A DNA stretch of 64,000 nt, from contig CAVUMT010000001.1 of NCBI GenBank assembly GCA_963742595.1, positions 3,946,482 through 4,010,481 of the forward strand, read 5' to 3'. This document shows positions 1 to 13,609 of the stretch, piece after piece. Every line of letters begins with the position of its first letter. The first letter of the stretch is position 1. The translations under genes were made by a program, and so were the position numbers. This stretch comes from an uncultured Acidobacteriota bacterium. Its GTDB lineage: Bacteria; Acidobacteriota; Vicinamibacteria; Fen-336. Under the pieces are notes generated by a model, which had not been told where the DNA came from, did not search any database, and saw nothing but the letters and a program-made list of their open reading frames with translations.

Positions 1-75
1 CCAGGCCACGAGCTCGCGGATGGCGGGACCGGCCTCCAGGAGGTTGGGCCGGGCGAGGATCCCGATCGTCTTCAT
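1..75 (-). CDS. nadK: N-terminus of probable NAD kinase (runs off window)
   Basis: Manual translation MKTIGILARPNLLEAGPAIRELVAW; ATG overlaps tlyA stop (ATGA); tlyA-nadK is a common gene order. Only 25 codons visible. Confidence 0.55.
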   Translation of the reverse strand, partial: MKTIGILARPNLLEAGPAIRELVAW

Positions 76-854
76 CCCGCCACCGCCCGCGTCACCATGC
101 GGTCCACCTCCTCCGGCGAGGCGGGCACGCCTCCCACCACGAGATGGAGGAAGAACTCGCGGTTTCCTTCGGCCCCGGTCATCGGAGAGGCCACCGCGGC
201 GCGCACGGCGTAGCCGAGGGCGCGCGCCTCCGCGGCCACCTCGCGCAGGACACGGAGGTGCAGCGCGGGGTCCTTCACGAGCCCCCCTCGCCCGACCTCC
301 CGCCGCCCCACCTCGAACTGCGGCTTCACGAGGACCACCACGTCCGCATCCGGCGTGAGGATACCAGGGAGCGCGGGCAGGATCCTGTTCACGGAGATGA
401 AGGACACGTCCATCACCGCGAGCGCGCAGCGCTCGGGAACGTCCGCGGAGCCGATGGCGCGCGCGTTGGTGCGCTCGCGGACGACCACGCGGGGATCGGC
501 GCGGAGCTTCTCGTGGATCTGTCCCCGCCCCACGTCCACCGCGTAGACGCGCGCGGCTCCCCGCTCGAGGAGCGTCTCCGTGAATCCCCCGGTGGAGGCG
601 CCCACATCCACCGCCACCCGGCCCGCGGGGTCGACGGAGAACGCGTCGAGGGCCCCCGCGAGCTTCAGGGCTCCGCGCCCCACGTGGGCCGGACCGGGCG
701 CGACCTCGACGGTTGCGGACGCGTGGACGCGCGTTCCCGGCTTGCTCGCGGGGGCGCCGTCCACGCGGACGCGCCCGGCCATCACGAGCGCCTGCGCCTT
801 CTCGCGCGACTCCGCGAGGCCGTTTTCCGCGAGCCAGACGTCGAGGCGGGTCAC
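72..854 (-). CDS. tlyA: TlyA family rRNA 2'-O-methyltransferase (S4 + FtsJ-like)
   Basis: RLDVWL S4 start, VDVGASTGGFT SAM motif, MDVSFIS, LVKPQFE, GAEGNREF. Confidence 0.95.
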   Translation of the reverse strand: MTRLDVWLAENGLAESREKAQALVMAGRVRVDGAPASKPGTRVHASATVEVAPGPAHVGRGALKLAGALDAFSVDPAGRVAVDVGASTGGFTETLLERGAARVYAVDVGRGQIHEKLRADPRVVVRERTNARAIGSADVPERCALAVMDVSFISVNRILPALPGILTPDADVVVLVKPQFEVGRREVGRGGLVKDPALHLRVLREVAAEARALGYAVRAAVASPMTGAEGNREFFLHLVVGGVPASPEEVDRMVTRAVAG

Positions 855-864
855 GGCCCCGCGC

Positions 865-1773
865 TCACGAGCGGCGGTCCACGATGAGGCGGGCGAGGTC
901 GGCGAGACGCGCGGCCCTCTCGCCGAACGGCGCGAGGGCGGCCAGGGCCTCCGCGCGAAGCTCGGCGGCGATGGAACGGGCGCGGTCGAGACCGTGGACG
1001 CTCACGTAGGTGGCCTTGCTCGCGGCCGCGTCCTTGCCCGCGGTCTTCCCCAGCCGCTCCGCCCCCTCCGTCGCGTCGAGCACGTCGTCCACCACCTGGA
1101 AGGCGAGGCCGAGGGCGGAGGCGTAGCGGCCGAGATGGGCGAGATCCTCCTCGCCCGCGCCCCCGAGGATCGCCCCTCCGCGCACGCAGGCGGAGAGCAG
1201 GGCGCCCGTCTTCGCCCGGTGCAGGCGCTCCAGCGCGGCCGCGTCGATTCTCCGGCCCTCGGACTCGAGGTCCATCACCTGGCCGCCGATGAGGGCGGTG
1301 GTGCCGCAGGCTTCGCCGAGGAGGGCGGCGGCGCGGAGCCTCCGTCGCACCCGCGCGTCGTCCCACGAGGGCGGCACCTCGGCCATGAGGTGGAAAGCGC
1401 GGGTCAAGAGCGCGTCCCCGGCGAGGATGGCGATCGCCTCGCCGAAGACCTTGTGCGAGGTCGGCTTGCCCCGCCGGAGGTCGTCGTCGTCCATGGCGGG
1501 AAGGTCGTCGTGCACGAGGCTGTACGTGTGGATCATCTCCACGGCGCAGGCGAGAGGCAGGAGCTCGTCGAGGACGCCCCCCACGGTCTCTCCGGCGGCG
1601 ATTACGAGGAGGGGGCGGATGCGCTTGCCTCCCGCGAAAAGGCTGTAGCGGACGGCGCGGTGGATGGTGGCCGGCCACGCCGTCTCGCCGGGGAGGGATT
1701 CCTGGAGGGCGTTCTCGACCCGCGCGCGGAGCGTCTCCGCGTCCGTGATCACCTCAGGACGAGGCGTCGTCAT
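865..1773 (-). CDS. ispA: Polyprenyl synthetase (FPP/GGPP synthase)
   Basis: GGKRIRP, HDDLPAMDDDDLRRGKPT (FARM), FQVVDDVLD, GKTAGKD. Confidence 0.95.
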   Translation of the reverse strand: MTTPRPEVITDAETLRARVENALQESLPGETAWPATIHRAVRYSLFAGGKRIRPLLVIAAGETVGGVLDELLPLACAVEMIHTYSLVHDDLPAMDDDDLRRGKPTSHKVFGEAIAILAGDALLTRAFHLMAEVPPSWDDARVRRRLRAAALLGEACGTTALIGGQVMDLESEGRRIDAAALERLHRAKTGALLSACVRGGAILGGAGEEDLAHLGRYASALGLAFQVVDDVLDATEGAERLGKTAGKDAAASKATYVSVHGLDRARSIAAELRAEALAALAPFGERAARLADLARLIVDRRS

Positions 1774-2029
1774 CGTCGGGACGGGGCATCGGCTTCGTCC
1801 GCGGCTTCCCCTGGGCGTCGAGCATGACGTCGCCGCGCGCGTCCTTGATCAGCATCTCGATCCTGCCCTCGGCCTCCTCGAGCTTGCCGTGGCAGAGGCG
1901 GGAAAGACGGACGCCTTCCTCGTAGAGCTTCAGCGACTCCTCGAGGGCGAGCTCGCCCTTCTCCAGCTTCTGGACGATCTGCTCGAGCTGCTGAAGGGCC
2001 TGCTCGAAGGTCGGTGTCGTGGCGGTCAC
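1754..2029 (-). CDS. xseB: Exodeoxyribonuclease VII small subunit
   Basis: TFEQALQQLEQIVQKLEKGELALEESLKLYEEG; adjacent to xseA. Confidence 0.95.
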   Translation of the reverse strand: MTATTPTFEQALQQLEQIVQKLEKGELALEESLKLYEEGVRLSRLCHGKLEEAEGRIEMLIKDARGDVMLDAQGKPRTKPMPRPDDDDASS

Positions 2030-3411
2030 GAAGGCTCCTTCCCGGTGACGGTGGCGGCGAGCGTCCCCTCGTGCAGGCGGACACGGACGGCATCCCCCAC
2101 CGCGACCTCGCTCGCGGCCCGCACGAGGCGGCGGCCGGAGGCGTCCCAGACGAGCGCGTAGCCCCGCCCGAGGACGGCGAGCGGGGAGAGGCTGTCTACC
2201 TTCCCCGCGAGCCGTCCGAGATCTGACCGAGCGACTGCGATGCGAGTGACGAGAGCCGAGTCAAGCCGTTCCCTATGCCTCTGTAGCCGCTCGCGTCGCT
2301 CCGCGACTTGTCGATCCCACCGGAAGGCGTCGAGCCGTTCTCGCCGCCTCCGGTATCCCTCCCGGGCCCTTTCCAGCACTCGAAGGAGTCCCCTCTCCGA
2401 GCGCCGTCCGAGGTCGTCCACGCGCTGGGCGTGGTTGCGGATCCGCCCGCGCTCCGCGGTGAACACGCGGTGCGAGGTGACGGCGTCCACACGGGCGCGG
2501 GTGCTCGTGAGGCGCAGGCGGACGGCGGCGTCCGCGTGCCGCTGCAGGGTGTCGACCTGCGCGCGGAGCTGCGTCTTCGCCTGGACGACGCGCTCCGCCG
2601 CCGCGGAGGGCGTGGGGGCGCGCAGGTCGGCCACGAAGTCCGCGATCGTGTAGTCCGTCTCGTGCCCCACCGCGGAGATCGTGGGGATCTTCGACGCGGC
2701 GAGGGTGCGGGCCACCATCTCGTCGTTGAAGGCCCACAGGTCCTCGAGGCTTCCCCCGCCCCGGGCCACGATGAGGACGTCCAAGCCCCCGATCCGGTTC
2801 AGGGCCCGGATGCCGTCCGCGACCTCGCTCGCCGCCTCCTGCCCCTGCACGCGCGCCGGGTAGAGGAGCACGTCCAGGTTCGCGTAGCGCGAGGAGAGGA
2901 CGCGCAGGACGTCCTTGAACACGGCCCCCGTGGGCGAGGTCACCACTCCGATGCGGCGGGGAAGCATGGGCAGCGGGCGCTTGCGCGACGGCTCGAAGAG
3001 GCCTTCCTTGCCGAGCTTCTCCTTGAGCTCCTCGAACGCCTGCTGGAGCGACCCCTTCCCCAGGGGCTCCAGGACCTGGACGGAGATCTGGTACTCGCCC
3101 CGCGGCGGATAGACGCGGACGGCCCCCCGCGCCACCACCTTCATGCCGTCCTGGGGCTTGAAGCGGATGAGCCTCGCGTCCGTCTTCCACACCACCGCAC
3201 GGATCTGTGCTTTCTCGTCCTTGAGCGAGAAGTACCAGTGGCCGGAGCCCGCGAGCTTCAGGTTGGAGATCTCGCCCTCCACCCACACGTCGGCGAACTC
3301 CGTCTCGAGCACGCCCTGGAGCCGGTCCGTGAGCTCGCGGACGCTCCACGCGCGCCGCCGCGGCAGCTTCGGCGACGCCGCTCCGAAGTCGATTCCCTTC
3401 TGCTCCGTCAT
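2026..3411 (-). CDS. xseA: Exodeoxyribonuclease VII large subunit
   Basis: VWVEGEISN, SGHWYFSLKD, ARGGGSLEDLWAFN, AVGHETD, APTPSAAAE. Start placed at ATG 3411 because the ORF-track ATG (3426) lies inside a TAGAAT -10 box. Confidence 0.95.
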   Translation of the reverse strand: MTEQKGIDFGAASPKLPRRRAWSVRELTDRLQGVLETEFADVWVEGEISNLKLAGSGHWYFSLKDEKAQIRAVVWKTDARLIRFKPQDGMKVVARGAVRVYPPRGEYQISVQVLEPLGKGSLQQAFEELKEKLGKEGLFEPSRKRPLPMLPRRIGVVTSPTGAVFKDVLRVLSSRYANLDVLLYPARVQGQEAASEVADGIRALNRIGGLDVLIVARGGGSLEDLWAFNDEMVARTLAASKIPTISAVGHETDYTIADFVADLRAPTPSAAAERVVQAKTQLRAQVDTLQRHADAAVRLRLTSTRARVDAVTSHRVFTAERGRIRNHAQRVDDLGRRSERGLLRVLERAREGYRRRRERLDAFRWDRQVAERRERLQRHRERLDSALVTRIAVARSDLGRLAGKVDSLSPLAVLGRGYALVWDASGRRLVRAASEVAVGDAVRVRLHEGTLAATVTGKEPS

Positions 3412-3424
3412 CGTAAACGCGCTC

Positions 3425-3451
3425 ATTCTAGCCCGAGGGGCGAGCTATGAT
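3425..3451. promoter_or_regulatory. Back-to-back sigma-70 -10 boxes for xseA (-) and htrA (+)
   Basis: TAGAAT on minus strand (3430-3425) and TATGAT on plus strand (3446-3451) in a short divergent gap. Confidence 0.5.
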
Positions 3452-3458
3452 TCCGGCC

Positions 3459-4597
3459 ATGAGCCCCTCGCGGTCGCGCGTGTTCTTTCTCCTGAGTCTC
3501 CTCCTGGGAGTCGTGCTCGGGGTCTTCGTCTCCGTGGGCCTGCAGCGGGCGCTGTCCCCGGGCGGCGCCACGAGCGCATCCGCGGCCCCCGCCGAGCCGC
3601 GGGCCGCCGCCCTCCGTCCGGATCTCGACGACGACGAGGCCAAGACGATCGCGCTCTTCCAGCGCGCCTCCGTCTCCGTCGCCTTCGTGACGACACGGGT
3701 GCAGCGCATGGACTTCTGGACCCGCAACGTGTTCGAGGTGCCCCAGGGCACGGGCTCCGCCTTCCTCTGGGACGACCGCGGCCACGTGGTCACGAACTAC
3801 CACGTGGTGCAGGACGCGGCGTCCGCCCAGGTGACCTTGGGCGATCAGGAGTACGAGGCCTCGCTCGTGGGGGCGGCTCCCGAGCACGACCTCGCGGTGC
3901 TGCGCATCCGGCAGGGGAGCGAGAAGTTCGTCCCCCTCAAGATCGGCACGAGCAGGGATCTCCAGGTCGGCCAGAAGGTCTATCGCGATCGGCAACCCCT
4001 TCGGCCTCGACCACACCCTCACCACCGGGATCGTCAGCGCCCTCGGGCGGACGATCCAGAGCCTCCGAAGGCACGCCCATCGACGATGCGATCCAGACGG
4101 ACGCCGCCATCAACCCCGGGAACTCGGGAGGCCCGCTCCTCGACAGCGCGGGGCGGCTCGTCGGCGTGAACACCGCGATCTACAGCCCATCCGGGGCGAG
4201 TGCGGGCATCGGCTTCGCGGTGCCGGTGGACACGGTCAACCGCATCGTCCCCCAGCTCGTGTCCCATGGCCGCGTTCTGCGGCCGCGTCTCGGGGTGGAG
4301 ATGGACGAGCGCCTGAGCGCGGTCGTCACCCGGCGGCTCGGCGTCACCGGCGTCCTCGTGCGGGCCGTCACCGCGGGCTCGGGCGCGGCCGCCGCGGGCC
4401 TTCGCGAGACGACCGAGCAGGGACGAAGGATCGTGCCCGGCGACATCATCCAGGAGATCGACGGCAAGGCGGTGGGGACGAGCAACGAGCTCCTGGCGCG
4501 GCTGTCGAACTACAAGGGGGGCGACACCGTCACGCTGGGGGTCTGGCGCGACGGCAAGACGCTCAAGGTCCCGGTCCGATTGCAGGAAGCGCGTTAG
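3459..4597 (+). CDS. HtrA/DegP-family serine protease with TM anchor and PDZ (two apparent frameshifts ~3985 and ~4063)
   Basis: Triad motifs TNYHVV, DLAVL, INPGNSGGPL; GNPFGLDHTLTTGIVSALGR lies in the third frame; C-terminal PDZ. Confidence 0.9.
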
Positions 4598-4605
4598 CAA
4601 GTCGA

Positions 4606-5263
4606 TTGCGCTGGAGCATGCCTTGGTGGGGGATCGTCGGGTTGGCAGTCGCTTTCTCGCTTTCTTGCCGTTCAAACAAGTCAGAACCTGCTCAGGCGCT
4701 CTCCATCCCTGCTCCTTCCGTGGCAGCGCCCGCGCCATCCGCTCGTCCATCGCCGACCCTCTCTCGGGAACCCTTCGACCCGAGTCGCGAGCAGACGGTG
4801 GAAGAACTCGAAGAGATGGGCAGGAAGATCGACGCCGACAATGAAGGGATTGCGAATGCCTACGACAACTGTCCCGCGGTGCCCAATCCGGATCAACGGG
4901 ACAGCGACCGCGATGGCTTCGGTGACCCCTGCGACCCCGGAGACAACAAGTACCAGCCTCAAGTCAGGATCATTGCGCCCCGAAATGGTGCTCGCTTTCG
5001 CGAGGGTGACGTGATCGAGATACAAGCCTCTGCTAGCGACCGGGAAGGGAGTATCAGCAGTGTTCACTTTGAGGTGAACGGCAGCGGCCACGGGCAGGTG
5101 GACAGGCCACCCTACGTAAACAACGTGGCGACCGGAGGCGGGGGCCTATGCACTTACCGCGATCGCCCTCGACAACGACAGTGGGGAGACCACCTCGCGT
5201 CCGGTCCAGGTGATAGTGGTGGGATCGCCTCGAGGAGGCTCTAGTCCGATGCCAAAGCCTTGA
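4606..5263 (+). CDS. Exported protein with thrombospondin type-3 Ca-binding repeat and bacterial Ig-like domain (frameshift ~5120)
   Basis: Hydrophobic N-terminus; [24 protein letters not shown]; [19 protein letters not shown]; shifted frame continues [24 protein letters not shown] to stop 5261-5263. Confidence 0.7.
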
Positions 5264-5282
5264 TGAGGGATAGTCCGAGCGA

Positions 5283-6681
<1,399 letters not shown>

Positions 6682-6685
<4 letters not shown>

Positions 6686-8203
6686 GCGCCGCACCACCTC
6701 CGCCGGGCTCGCCGTCCGCTTGCGCGGAGCGTGCGGCTCGAGGGGAAGCGTGATGCGGGCGGTGGTGCCCCGGCCGGGCGCGCTCTCGAGCGCGATCGCT
6801 GCCGCCGTGGTCGGCCACGATCTTGTGGGTGAGGGCGAGGCCGAGGCCGAGCCCGGTGTCCTTGGTCGAGAAGTAGGGCTCGAAGGCGGTGCGGACCTCC
6901 TCCGTCGCTCATGCCCTTGCCCGTGTCCGTGACCTCGATGCAGAGCTCGGGCGGGCCGCCGTTCGTCGCCGCGACGGATGGAGACGGAGAGCAGGCCGCC
7001 CTCGGGCATGGCGTCGACGGCGTTGATCATCAGGTTCAGGAAGCAGGTCTTGAGCAGCTCGGGGTCGACCACCACCCGGGGCAGGTCCGGCTCCGCGTCC
7101 ACGGTCGAGCGCGATGCCCTGGTCCTGGGCCTTGTGGTCCACGAGCGAGGCGACCTCGCGCAGCGACCTCGTCCACGGCGCAGAGGCGCGGGTCGAGCCG
7201 CATCGGCTTGCCGAAGGAGAGGAAGTCGCCGACCAGCCGGTTGAGCCGGCTGATCTCGCCCTTCATCGTCTGCGAGGATGCGGTCGAAGTCGTCCCGGCG
7301 CGCGCTCTCCTCGGGGGCCATGCGCTGGCGCACGTGGTCGATCGAGAGGTTGATGAAGTTCAGCGGGTTGCGGATCTCGTGGGCCACCGCGGAGGCCAGC
7401 CGGCCCGAGGGCGGTGGAGCGCTCCGCGAAGTGCAGCCGCTCCTCGAGCCGGCGGTTCTCGCGCAGCCGCTCCACCATCTCGTTGAAGGTGCGCGAGAGG
7501 CTGGCGATCTCGTCGCCGCCGTCGAGCTTGCACCTGCACCGAGAGGTCGCCCGCGGCCACCTTGCGGGCGGCGTCCGTGAGCTCCTGGAGCGGCCGGCTG
7601 AGGGACCACGACGAGGTAGAGCGACAGCAGGATCCCCACGGCGAAGACGCCGAGGGTCGCGATGAGGCGGCTCAGGAACGCCTCGTGGGAGAGGGCCGAG
7701 AAGTCGTCGAGGGTGCGGGTGATGAGCAGCGTGCCCACGCGGCGGTCGCCCACCACGATGGGGATGGTGAGGGTGGAGCTGGTCTGGCCGGTGGCCGAGG
7801 GCGGATCGCCCAGCACGCCCCTGATCACGAACTCCGCGCCCCGGCTTCTTCTTTCGCACCAGTCGCTTACCGACGATCTTGGGGTTCGTCGAGGCCTGGA
7901 CCTCGTCCGCCGCGTCGGCGATCGTGACGTCCTTCACCCCGAGCTGCGCGGAGCTTGTCCGCGTAGGCGTTGAGGACGACCTTGGGGTCTCCTTCGCCCA
8001 CCGGCTGCTCCTGGGCGACCTCGATGGCGGTGGACAGTTCGTCCGTGTAGTCCCGAATCTGCGAGAATAGGCTGCGTTCGCTCAAGAGGTGCAGGAAGAA
8101 CAGGCTCGTGCCGGACAGCACCAGCAGCGACAGTCATCATGAGGAGCAGCTTGGTCTTGAGGTCGAGAGCGAGGAGCCCCCGCGAGAATCCGCCAGCCGG
8201 CAT
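6682..8203 (-). CDS. HAMP-domain sensor histidine kinase (multiple frameshifts)
   Basis: Two TM segments, HAMP (DEIASLSRTFNEM), H-box AHEIRNPL, N-box NLMINAVDAM, G boxes DTGKGM and GTGLGL pieced across frames. Confidence 0.85.
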
Positions 8204-8242
8204 ACCGACCAGTCTAGACCTGCCGACGGCCGAGCCGCAATC

Positions 8243-10094
8243 ATGAGCGCGCCTTCCGCCCTCCTCGTCGCCACCAGCGACACCGGCACGCGGGCCCTCC
8301 TCCGGAAGGCCCTGCACGTGCGGGCGGTGGACGTGGTGGAGGCCGCGGACGGGGTGGAGGCCCTCGCCCTCGCCCGGCGCCTCGAGCTCGACCTCGTGCT
8401 CCTCGACGCCTTCCTCGCCGTGCTCGACGGCATCTCGGTGTGCGCGCGCATCCGCGCCCTCGAGCGCATCAACCCGCCCCTCATCGCGATCATGGGCCTG
8501 AGCTCGGAGCGGACGGTGGAGCTCGCCTACATGGAGGGGGCGGACGAGATCCTGCCCAAGCCCCTGAACCCCGCGCTCATCCGCCAGCGCGTGGAGCAGC
8601 TCCTGCGCCGCAAGCAGACGGAGAACCGGCTGCGGCTCATGGAGAGAGCACTCCTCGGGGCGGGGGCGGGTGTCACCATCCTCGACGCCTGCTCCTCCGA
8701 GTATCCCGTCACCCACGCGAACCGCGCCTTCCTGGACATGACCGGCTACAAGGCGGACGAGATCGTGGGGAAGAACCTCCGTCTCCTGCGCGGGCCGGAG
8801 ACGGACGTGGCCGCCCAGACCGAGCTGCGCGACGCCTTCTCCTCCGGGCGTCCCGCGCGCGTGCTCCTCAAGAACTACCGGAAGGACGGCACGACGTTCC
8901 TCGAACGACCTCGCGGCCACCCCTCTCCACGACCCCTCCGGCCGGGTCACCCATTACGTGGCCGTGCAGACCGACGTGACGGCGCGCGTGAAGTCGGGCA
9001 AGCTCGCCGCCGCCGACCTCGAGCAGTTCGCCGCGGAGCGCACGCGCGAGCTCGAGGGCTCGCTCCGCGCGGTGGAGGACCGCCGGCGCTTCACGGAGAC
9101 GATCCTGAACGGGCTCATCGCCGGTCTCGTCACCACCGACGCCCAGGGGCTCGTGTCCTTCGCGAACCGGGCCGCCCTCCACACCCTGGGGATCTCGCTC
9201 TCCGACTGCGTGGGCCGCTCGGTGGTCGAGCTCTTCGGTAACAACGACGAGCTGCGCGAGGCCCTGGCGATGGGATCCGATCGGGGGGAAAGGCGGCTGG
9301 ACTTCCCCGTGATCTCCCCGGGAGGCGCGCGCCTCTACGTCGGGATGTCGATCATGACCGTGCCTCTCGAGCTCCGGAACGAGATCGGCTACGTGCTCCT
9401 CTTCAGGGACCTCGCGGAGACGCTGGAGCGCGAGGCGTCGGAAAGGATGAGCCGGGAATCGGCGGCGGCGGAAGCGGAAGCGGCCGCCTTCGCGGAGGGG
9501 CGGCGGACGCCCCGCGAGACGGGAGGGATGCCCGTGGGCGTCGACCTGCAGGAGGACGGAGCCGCGGCGCCCGAGGCCGCGGCCCCCGACTCCGCGGCCG
9601 CGCGCCGCCGTCCGCACCTCGCCCTGCGCTACTGCCGCCCGGGCGAGCTCGTGCAGCTCGCCATGCACTCGATCGCTCCCGACCTCGCGAGCGTCCCCCT
9701 GGAAGCTCCCGCCGGCCTGCCCGAGGTCCTGGTCGACCGCGAGCAGGTGGTGGAAGCGCTCGGACGCCTCCTCGGCAACGCCGCCCATCGCGCGGGAGGC
9801 CCCTCGCACCTGCGCGTGCGCCTCGCCGAGGCCAAGGCGATGGGGGAGCGCGGGGTGCGCCCCGAGCCCTTCATCCGCGTGGACATCCTGTTTCCCCGGG
9901 AGTCGATCACGGAAGACGACATCGGCCCCGACGCGGGCGCGCGCCGGCGGGCCCACCGCAAGGAAGACCTCGCGACGGCGGACCAGCTGCTCCAGGCCAA
10001 CGGCGGTCGTCTCGTCCCCGGTCCCGAGTCGGAGGAGCGCTGCCTGTCCGCGCTCATCCCCGCCGGCTCGCGCTCGGCGGCGCCCCCGAGCTGA
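8243..10094 (+). CDS. Atypical receiver + LOV-like PAS + PAS + degenerate HATPase-like domain (frameshift ~8903)
   Basis: Receiver LLD..LPKP; NRAFLDMTGY..GKNLRLLRGPETD..KNYRKDG..VQTDVT; second PAS ETILNGLIAGLVTTD; no H-box. Confidence 0.75.
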
Positions 10095-10109
10095 GGGCGG
10101 AGAGGATCG

Positions 10110-11096
10110 TTGGCTCGCCGGCGTGCTCGCGGCGTGCTCGCATTCCTGATCGTCGTGGGGGCGCCCGGGACAGGCGGGACCTGCGATTCCACGGGATGCC
10201 TGCTCGTGACCCGCAGCGCGAGCGGACTCCTGCCCGCCAAGGTCTGGCGGCTCGACTTGTCGTTTCGCGCCACCGACGACTCGCAGCTCACGAGCGGCTC
10301 CGAGACCGCGACTCGCGTGACCCGCCCCAAGGTGGATTTCGAGAACGGCGTCGTGCGCCCGGGCTTTCACCAGGACATCGGGGGGGTCTCGCGCTTCCTT
10401 CAAGTCGACGTGGGCTACGGCATCACCGCTCGCATGACTGCGCTCGCTTCCGCGGCGGTGGTGACGAACCGTTCCTACGACGTCGGCCATCCCCCCGCGC
10501 TGACGGAAAACTACGAGACCTGGGGCATGAGCGATCTCCTGGTGGGCGTCCGTCATGCCTTCGTCGCCTCCGCGAGCCTCAGCCTGGTGGGCGGCGTGGG
10601 CGTCGAGTTGCCTACCGGAGACTACCGGCTCGTCAGCCCGGCCGCGCTATTCGACGTCGGCGTGCTGGATCCGATGTTGCAGCCGGGCAGCGGATCCGTG
10701 GACGCGCTGCTGAGCGTACAGGGCGCCCGCCGGCTGAACACCCGTGGCCTCGACCTCGTCGGGGCCTTCTCCTACCAGGCCAACACCACCAACGACCTCC
10801 ACTACCGCTACGGCAACGACGCGATCGCGAGCTTTGCCGTGGCCGCTCCCGTCGCTTCGCGCCTCCGCCCCTCGTTCCAGATCAAGTGGACCCACCGCGG
10901 CCGGAGCGAGTACCGCGGAGAAGGCGTCGACTCCACCGGGGGCACGGTCGTCTACGCGATCCCCGGACTCGTGGCCACCCTCCCCAGTCGGATCTCGCTG
11001 TACTCTTTCCTGCCCGTGCCCATCTACCGCTACGTGAACGAGACGCAGATCACGCCCCGGCTCAGCCTTGTGGTCGGCCTGGCGCGGACCTTCTAG
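10110..11096 (+). CDS. Putative outer-membrane beta-barrel (transporter/MetA-pathway-like family)
   Basis: Signal peptide, alternating beta pattern, GVELPTGDY and QPGSGSVD motifs typical of the family, C-terminal Phe. Confidence 0.6.
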   Translation: MARRRARGVLAFLIVVGAPGTGGTCDSTGCLLVTRSASGLLPAKVWRLDLSFRATDDSQLTSGSETATRVTRPKVDFENGVVRPGFHQDIGGVSRFLQVDVGYGITARMTALASAAVVTNRSYDVGHPPALTENYETWGMSDLLVGVRHAFVASASLSLVGGVGVELPTGDYRLVSPAALFDVGVLDPMLQPGSGSVDALLSVQGARRLNTRGLDLVGAFSYQANTTNDLHYRYGNDAIASFAVAAPVASRLRPSFQIKWTHRGRSEYRGEGVDSTGGTVVYAIPGLVATLPSRISLYSFLPVPIYRYVNETQITPRLSLVVGLARTF

Positions 11097-11112
11097 CTCG
11101 GAGACCCGGATC

Positions 11113-12212
11113 ATGGCTCCATCCTTACGCCCTCTCGGCGCGGCCCTCGCCCTCGCCCTCGCCGCGTGCGGCGGCGCTTCCTCGTCGCCCTCCGCCGCCC
11201 CCCTCTCCACTCCCGGCCCCACGCCGACACCGGCCGCGGGCAGTCTCAACATGACGCGGCGCGCACTGTTGAGCCTTCAAGCACTCGCGGCGACGGCAGG
11301 AGCGGGGTGCTGGGGCTACACCTCGCCCGCGGGGCGGCGGCTCGCGCTCATGGGCACGTCCGCCGGGCTCTCGGTGGTGGACGTCGCGAACCCAAGCGCC
11401 CCACGCCTCACGGGGAACATCACGGGAGGCTCGAGCGCGTGGCGCGAGGTGAGGACGTATCGCGAGTTCGCCTACGTCACGACGGAGGCCCAGACCGGCC
11501 TCGACATCGTGGACCTCCGCGATCCGGACCGCCCCCTGAAAGTGCGGACCTGGAACGAGACGTTCGCTTCCGCCCACTCGCTCTGGATCGACGAGCAACG
11601 CGGGCTCCTCTACGCCCACGGGACGCAGTCGGGCATGCACGTCCTGGACCTCGCGGCCGACCCCACGAACCCGACCGAGGTGGGCCGCTTCACGAACTTC
11701 TACATCCACGACTCCTACGGGCGCGGAGACCGGCTGTATGCCGCCGCCATCCGGGACGGCTTCGTCGGCATCCTCGACGTGGCCCGGCCCGATCGGATCC
11801 AGGAGGTCGGCCGCTTCAACACGGGAGCCACCTTCACCCACAACACATGGCTCACCCGCGACGGCCGCTACCTGTTCACGACGGACGAGCGGCCCGGGGC
11901 GCCCCTGGAGGGGTGGAGTCTGCTGTCGACGCCCCCCGTCAAGGTCTCGCAGTACATCGCCGCCCCCGGCACGATTCCCCACAACGTGATGATCGACGGG
12001 GATCGGCTGGTGGTGTCCCACTATACCGAGGGGGTCCACATGCTGGACGTGCGCGATCCGGAGCGCCCGCGCGTGATGGGCTACTACGACACCTACACCG
12101 GCGCATCCACGGGCTTCGCGGGTGCTTGGGGCGCCTACATCTTCCCCGGATCGAACCTCATCGTGGTCAGCGACATCAACAGCGGTCTCTTCGTGGTCGA
12201 GTACACCGGCTC

Positions 12213-12216
<4 letters not shown>
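11113..12216 (+). CDS. LVIVD-repeat / choice-of-anchor-B-type beta-propeller lipoprotein
   Basis: Lipobox LAAC; repeats GLSVVDV, GLDIVDL, GMHVLDL, GVHMLDV; ending GAWGAY..SDINSGLFV. Confidence 0.75.
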
Positions 12217-13605
<1,389 letters not shown>

Positions 13606-13609
<4 letters not shown>

